A DNA stretch of 64,000 nt from assembly GCA_965212015.1 (NCBI GenBank), contig OZ243037.1, positions 928,001 through 992,000 of the forward strand, read 5' to 3'. Shown piece by piece: positions 59,100 through 64,000 of the stretch; position 1 is the first letter of the stretch, and each line of letters begins with the position of its first letter. The notes under the pieces were generated by a model, which was given only the letters and a program-made list of their open reading frames with translations, was not told the origin of the DNA and ran no database searches. A program made the position numbers and the translations under genes. Source of the DNA: Cenarchaeum sp. Its GTDB lineage: Archaea; Thermoproteota; Nitrososphaeria; Nitrososphaerales; Nitrosopumilaceae.

Positions 59100-59703
59100 A
59101 CCTGCCCCTGCCCTCGATTACTGCCACAAGGCCGGTGACCGTATCGTGCCTGTCCTGTCCCACGGCTGACTTGTATCCTGCCAGAAAGTTCCTCCACGCC
59201 CCCCGCATCTCGCCTACGTGCGCGCTGTTGAGAATCTCCTTGAAGAGGCGCAGATCCACTGCGTGATCTTCTGGCTTTGAGGTCCGCATGGCCAGCCCAA
59301 AGTCAATTATGAACGTCCTTTTGGCAGATATGATAAAGTTCGACGTGGTCAGATCGCCGTGCATTATGCCGTTTTCGTGCAGCCTGCCTACTATACCGCC
59401 GAAATCCCTGCAAAGCCCGACTAGCCTTTTGCCAGAGATACAGTTGGCCGGCCGGCCGCGTATGAGCTGCATCATTATACGGCACTGCACGGCGTCTGCA
59501 AGAAATATCACCGGTGCGGCAATCCCGAAGGACTTTACCTGCCGGATGATCTCGGCCTCCCGGATGGTCCTCTGCCTGCGTATTCTGGCATCCAGCTCGG
59601 GATTCCTATAGTCCTTTTTTTTTCTTATCTTGAGGACGGATTTTTTTCCGTTCCAGGTCGTCTCGTATAGATCGCCTTCGGCCCCCCTTTTGATCAGCCT
59701 CAC
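59083..59703 (-). CDS. bud32: KEOPS kinase Bud32
   Basis: GAEG, HGDLTTSN, IDFGL, AVDL. Confidence 0.94.
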   Translation of the reverse strand: MRLIKRGAEGDLYETTWNGKKSVLKIRKKKDYRNPELDARIRRQRTIREAEIIRQVKSFGIAAPVIFLADAVQCRIMMQLIRGRPANCISGKRLVGLCRDFGGIVGRLHENGIMHGDLTTSNFIISAKRTFIIDFGLAMRTSKPEDHAVDLRLFKEILNSAHVGEMRGAWRNFLAGYKSAVGQDRHDTVTGLVAVIEGRGRYATVV

Positions 59704-59800
59704 CGGATGGACTGGTGCGGCGGCATAATTTAGGGTTTATTTTTGCGCCGCAGGGAGGGGCCCCACCACAATTATAACACGAGTGCGGCATGATACGGCC

Positions 59801-60115
59801 ATGGACGAGGGGGAGAAAAAGATCAGGCAGGAGGACTGCAGCGAGGACAAGCTCGGCCCGGGAATACTGACGCTTACAAGCAAGAGGATTGCCTTTGACA
59901 AGACAAAGGGCAGAATCATGGATTTTAAAAAAGAGTTCGGCGAGACCGTAATAGATGTGCGGCTAGACGACGTGTCGCGCGTCTGGAAGGAGGGGCTGCT
60001 CATGAAAAAGGTGTGCTTTACTGGCAAGACGGATGACGGCGAAAAGACCTTCAAGTTCGGCGTGTTTGGCAGCGGCGGCTGGCTAGAGTCAATCCAGGAC
60101 GCAATGAAGGCCTAG
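59801..60115 (+). CDS. Small hypothetical protein with PH-like pattern
   Basis: G.LTLTSKRIAF, beta-rich, C-terminal W-containing helix. Confidence 0.7.
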   Translation: MDEGEKKIRQEDCSEDKLGPGILTLTSKRIAFDKTKGRIMDFKKEFGETVIDVRLDDVSRVWKEGLLMKKVCFTGKTDDGEKTFKFGVFGSGGWLESIQDAMKA

Positions 60116-61095
60116 TAGGACACGTCCACTGAGTCAAGGCGCCACGACTGCCTGACAAACGTGTCCTCTAGTTTTGCGCCATCCTTTACTGAGGCCTCCA
60201 GGATTCCAGTGCACGCAATCTGCGAACCGCAGTCCCCCGAGTACCTTGGGGGCGCGGCAAAAAATGCGCACCCCTGCCTCCTGCAGACGCTTTGCAGCAT
60301 TTCTGAGAGCCGCATGTTTGCGGCAACGCCCCCGACTATTAGCAGCTCCTTTTTCCCCGTAAAGGACAGCGCCCTCTCCACTGCCTCACTCACCATGGCA
60401 AACGCAGTCTCTTGCAGCGAATAGCACGCGGTGTTTTTTCCCTGCGGTATTATCGCCTTGGATGCGGACAGCAGGCCGGAAAACGAGACGTCGTTGCCCT
60501 TGACGGAATACGGGAGCGCGACATACCTTGTCGTTTTTGATGCAAGCGACTCTATGCGCCTGCCGCACGGCGACGCAAATCCGAGGGAGCGTCCAAACTG
60601 GTCTAGCAACTGCCCCAGTGTGATGTCAAGGGTCTCGCCAAAGACGCGCCACCTCCCCTGCACGAACGCAAGAAGCATGGTGTGCCCCCCCGACACTAGC
60701 AGCACGAGCGGGTTTTTTGCACCCGTCAGCATCTTGCCAAGCTCGATGTGCCCTATGGCGTGGTTTACCGGGTATATCGGTATTCCATAGTACGAGGCAA
60801 GCGAGCGGGCCACCACTGCGCCCACCCTCAGGCACGGCCCAAGTCCGGGTCCTGCGGCATACGAGATGATGTCAAGATCAGCCACCGTTATTCCCGCCTC
60901 CCCCACACACTGCGACAATACGGATGAGCTGTTTGCCGTGTGGTGCCGGGACGCCTCCCTGGGATGTATGCCCTCGCCGTCCGGGGGCCGGTAGATCATC
61001 CTGACGTCGGATCTGATGGCGGTTTTTTTGCGGCTTTTTTCCAGTATGGCGCACGAAAACGTGTGCGCCGTGCTCTCTATTCCAAGACAGAGCAT
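60112..61095 (-). CDS. kae1: KEOPS t6A synthase Kae1
   Basis: LGIESTAHT, GPGLG, NHAIGH, VSGGHT, GGVAAN. Confidence 0.95.
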   Translation of the reverse strand: MLCLGIESTAHTFSCAILEKSRKKTAIRSDVRMIYRPPDGEGIHPREASRHHTANSSSVLSQCVGEAGITVADLDIISYAAGPGLGPCLRVGAVVARSLASYYGIPIYPVNHAIGHIELGKMLTGAKNPLVLLVSGGHTMLLAFVQGRWRVFGETLDITLGQLLDQFGRSLGFASPCGRRIESLASKTTRYVALPYSVKGNDVSFSGLLSASKAIIPQGKNTACYSLQETAFAMVSEAVERALSFTGKKELLIVGGVAANMRLSEMLQSVCRRQGCAFFAAPPRYSGDCGSQIACTGILEASVKDGAKLEDTFVRQSWRLDSVDVSY

Positions 61096-61097
61096 CG

Positions 61098-62282
61098 CTA
61101 TCCCCTGCTGAGAGTCGAGACGATTTTGACCACGTCGCCGTTTTTCAGCCGGTGATCCGCCCCGATTCTCTGCTTTGTTTTGCAGTCTATGGCGTGCAAA
61201 AACCCGCCTGCAATGTCGGCGTGAATGGTCCCTGCCAGATCCAGTGCGGTGGCATCGCCCCTCAAAAGCCTGGCATCGGGGAGAACTATGCCGTCCTTGC
61301 TGCACAGCTTGCCCTCGTCCTCCACCGGATACACCGCAATGAGGCCCAGCACGTCAAAGACTATGGAATCCAGCGCCGCCTGGATTCCCGTCGTCTTTAT
61401 CCTCGAGAATACGGCCTCGACTAGCTTTAGCGCCTCTTTTTGCTGCGGCGACATGTCAGTATCTGTGATTGTAAAGCCCTCGGATCCCGGAACGTACCTT
61501 ACAAGTCCGGACTTTGTGGCCTTTTTCAAGAGCAGCTCAGTCTCTGCACTGCACGGAACCACCGTGCCGGGAATCCTTGAGACTATCCCCAGATCGCCGC
61601 ACAAGTCCGCCTTGTTTGCCGCAATCAGCATTGGCTTTGTGCGCGCCCGCAGCTCCCTTACAAACAGGAGAATGTCGCCGCCGTTCCACTCCCCGTGCTG
61701 CTTGGAGAGCAGGCCCGTCTTTTGCATGGCAGCCCGGACATCGTGCTCCTTTACCCCGAGGCCGCTAAAGCGCCTGGCCACCCCGTCTGCCAGCTTTGCC
61801 TTTTTTTGCTCGATCTCCTTTGAGAGCTTGGGCCACTCCCTCTCTAGTATCTGCGCAAACCACTGATCAAACTCTTCCTGGACGAACTTTACGTCCTCAA
61901 GCGGATCATGCGCGCCTACGGGAACCGGCCGGCCCTGTATGTCAGTCGCACCCGCAATGTCGACTATGTGAATCAGGGCCTCTGCCTGCCTTGCGTCGTC
62001 TAGAAACTGGTTTCCAAGCCCCTTGCCCTCGTGGGCGCCGGGTACCAGCCCGGCAATGTCGATTAGCTTTACGGGGATAAAGCGCGTCCCGTCTGCGCAC
62101 AGGCTGTTTTCGTGATCCACTCCGAAATGCCTGCATGCGCAGTCAGTCCTCACGTATGCGACGCCGACGTTTGGCTTTATGGTGGTAAAGGGAAAGTTTC
62201 CCACCGGCACCGGCGTCTCTGTGGCCGCAGAAAAGAATGTCGATTTTCCCACGTTTGCCTTGCCCAACAGGCCTATCTGCAT
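61098..62282 (-). CDS. ychF: Obg-family translation-associated NTPase YchF (archaeal type)
   Basis: [26 protein letters not shown] domain. Confidence 0.93.
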   Translation of the reverse strand: MQIGLLGKANVGKSTFFSAATETPVPVGNFPFTTIKPNVGVAYVRTDCACRHFGVDHENSLCADGTRFIPVKLIDIAGLVPGAHEGKGLGNQFLDDARQAEALIHIVDIAGATDIQGRPVPVGAHDPLEDVKFVQEEFDQWFAQILEREWPKLSKEIEQKKAKLADGVARRFSGLGVKEHDVRAAMQKTGLLSKQHGEWNGGDILLFVRELRARTKPMLIAANKADLCGDLGIVSRIPGTVVPCSAETELLLKKATKSGLVRYVPGSEGFTITDTDMSPQQKEALKLVEAVFSRIKTTGIQAALDSIVFDVLGLIAVYPVEDEGKLCSKDGIVLPDARLLRGDATALDLAGTIHADIAGGFLHAIDCKTKQRIGADHRLKNGDVVKIVSTLSRG

Positions 62283-62311
62283 GCCGATTCACAGTATGGT
62301 TTGACATATTA

Positions 62312-63346
62312 GTGCTCTGTGTCACAACTCCCTTACCTCATAACGTGATCCTCCAACCCGTGCCATAGTCCGATCCATACCGGCATGACGTCATGCGGCC
62401 AGCACCATCCTGTTGTATATGGCCATCTTTAGCGCCATCTCATGCATCATGTTCTCTTTTTTGTGCGCCATGACTGATTCTCCGAACATTCTCTTTATTG
62501 CAGAGAATAATGATTCAACAATCCATCGTTTTCCATATCCGGAGGATTTTTCCCATTCCGAATAGTCATGTTTTTGAATCCTGACTGCCATCCGGTGCGG
62601 ATATGACGGTGTGTCAGACCTGGAATTTTTTCTGACGGGTACTTCCAGTTTAATATTATTGTAATACATGTCATCATGTATCACGCCGGAATCATACGCG
62701 CCGTCTGCCAGCACACATTTCCGCATTGCTGTGACTGCTCTACCAGTCCTGCAAAATGATTTGAATCATGCGAGCTTTCATCCGTAGTTATAAATCCCGT
62801 TGTCTTTCCGGAATCTACGTTAATGGCGGCGTGTATTTTTATAAACCCCTTTCTTGTCACGCCATGTTTTTCTCGCATCCAGTCGCCTCTGTTTGTCACC
62901 TTTATTCCCGTACTGTCTATTGAGATTGTACCGTGCGCCTTTCTGCCTGCGGTAATATCCAAATCCAGGTTGTTGATCCGTTTGCAGATGGTAGAATATG
63001 ATGGCACTGTTGTATGCATTCCAAACAACGATTCTGCAAGGCCCTGTGTCTGTCTGTATGGCAGTCCAGAGATGAATGTATGCCAGAACGGTAATCATTT
63101 CGTCAGAATATAGGAATCTGCATCTTTCCCTTGTTCATCCTATTCCGATCTCTCTCGAATGATTTCAGGACACGTTTGTCGATGTGGATGATTCCGCGGT
63201 CCCTTAACCTACAGTCATAATCTGAATTTTTACCCACAGTGTGGTCGTGTAGTCATGATCTAAAGCTTTTTGGGTCGGATTATGTGGACAGGCAGCCTAG
63301 ATTAATTTATGCTGGGAAAAATTAGGCAGCTTGTGACACAGAGCAC
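62312..63346 (-). mobile_element. IS5-family (IS903-like) insertion sequence with frameshifted DDE transposase
   Basis: Perfect 16-bp TIR GTGCTCTGTGTCACAA (62312-62327 / 63331-63346); split ORFs IDSTGIK, KIHAA, ADGAYDS, RWIVESLFS. Confidence 0.9.
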
Positions 63347-63382
63347 CAAATAGTGATCATAATCTATAAAAAATAATGCCGG

Positions 63383-63487
63383 CTAAATGTCTATCTCTTC
63401 GCCCTGAGTGTTGTTTTTGAACATTTTGTCCACCTTTTCTGCCATTTTATAGTGGCGATCTTCCCATTTGCGCTTGATTTCGGCCAT
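63383..63487 (-). CDS. Candidate 34-aa microprotein
   Basis: MAEIKRKWEDRHYKMAEKVDKMFKNNTQGEEIDI*; TAAATAA about 25 bp upstream. Confidence 0.35.
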   Translation of the reverse strand: MAEIKRKWEDRHYKMAEKVDKMFKNNTQGEEIDI

Positions 63488-63671
63488 ATTATACGGTGTA
63501 TACGCGGTTATTTAGAATTATCCCTTTTTACCAGTCGTAAAAACCGTTCCCGCGTGGTATTTTTTGCTGGTTTTGAGAGATTCGGACTCGCGCACGAAAC
63601 CTTGCCAGGAACTAGCCAGTCCCGCGGCGCCTGGATTCGAAATCATTTAATCCGGTCTGCTGCCATCCGAG

Positions 63672-64000
63672 GTGTTGTCACTGGTAATAACTGGCAGTCC
63701 CGGAGTCGGCAAGCACACCGCGGCAAGAAGCATAGCCGGGATGCTCGATCTGGAGGTGCTTGATCTCAGCGAGATTGCAGAGGGTGTGTTTGAGCAGGCA
63801 TCCGGGACAAGGGACGTGGATACGGACGCGCTAAAAAAAAGGCTGGGCCCGATGCTTGGCGAGAGGTCTCTGGTTGTAGGCCACCTGGCGCCGTACGTGC
63901 TTGCAAAATCACAGGTCAAGAGACTGGCGGTGCTTAGAAAAAATCCCTACAAGCTTGCCGCCGTATACAAAAAGAGGGGGTACGCAAGGCGCAAGGCAAT
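63672..64000 (+). CDS. Archaeal adenylate kinase AK6/Fap7-like, truncated by window end
   Basis: Manual translation LVITGSPGVGKHT...VVGHLAP...LRKNPYKL...KRGY. Confidence 0.85.
   Translation, partial: MLSLVITGSPGVGKHTAARSIAGMLDLEVLDLSEIAEGVFEQASGTRDVDTDALKKRLGPMLGERSLVVGHLAPYVLAKSQVKRLAVLRKNPYKLAAVYKKRGYARRKA

Overview
This is a chromosomal segment of an ammonia-oxidising-type archaeon (Thaumarchaeota/Nitrososphaerota, Nitrosopumilaceae-like but GC-rich, as in Cenarchaeum-like symbionts). The taxon is inferred from the gene set, not from a database search. The backbone is housekeeping genes: thermosome, guaA/guaB, folate genes, pheA, Csl4, Dph2, TiaS, ilvE, aspartate kinase, proteasome alpha, GDH, CorA, gltX, the mevalonate/isoprenoid cluster, rps2-eno-rpoN, Taw1, KEOPS and YchF. 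There are four tRNAs: iMet (with a 15-nt D-loop intron), Val, His and Leu. AT-rich accessory DNA is concentrated in a ~7 kb island after tRNA-Val (19.1-26.3 kb), bounded by a ~270-bp direct repeat that carries a tRNA-Ser-like pseudogene. The island holds a secreted precursor with small membrane partner genes, HicBA and RelE-type TA modules, an IS66 remnant and a type III restriction fragment. Smaller AT-rich patches lie at 3.5-4.4, 46.5-47.5 and 49.9-51.4 kb, and there is a decayed IS5-family element. The most striking observation is a 60-bp IS66-type MITE (16-bp TIRs, 8-bp target duplications). Its three copies all sit in the same orientation, 48-49 bp upstream of a start codon and about 20 bp upstream of the TATA box, which suggests promoter-targeted transposition. 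Other notable items are a candidate archaeocin/immunity cassette system, a candidate ~95-nt structured ncRNA, and two tandem TSP3-repeat proteins built as 1+4x5+1 and 1+4x6+1 repeat units.
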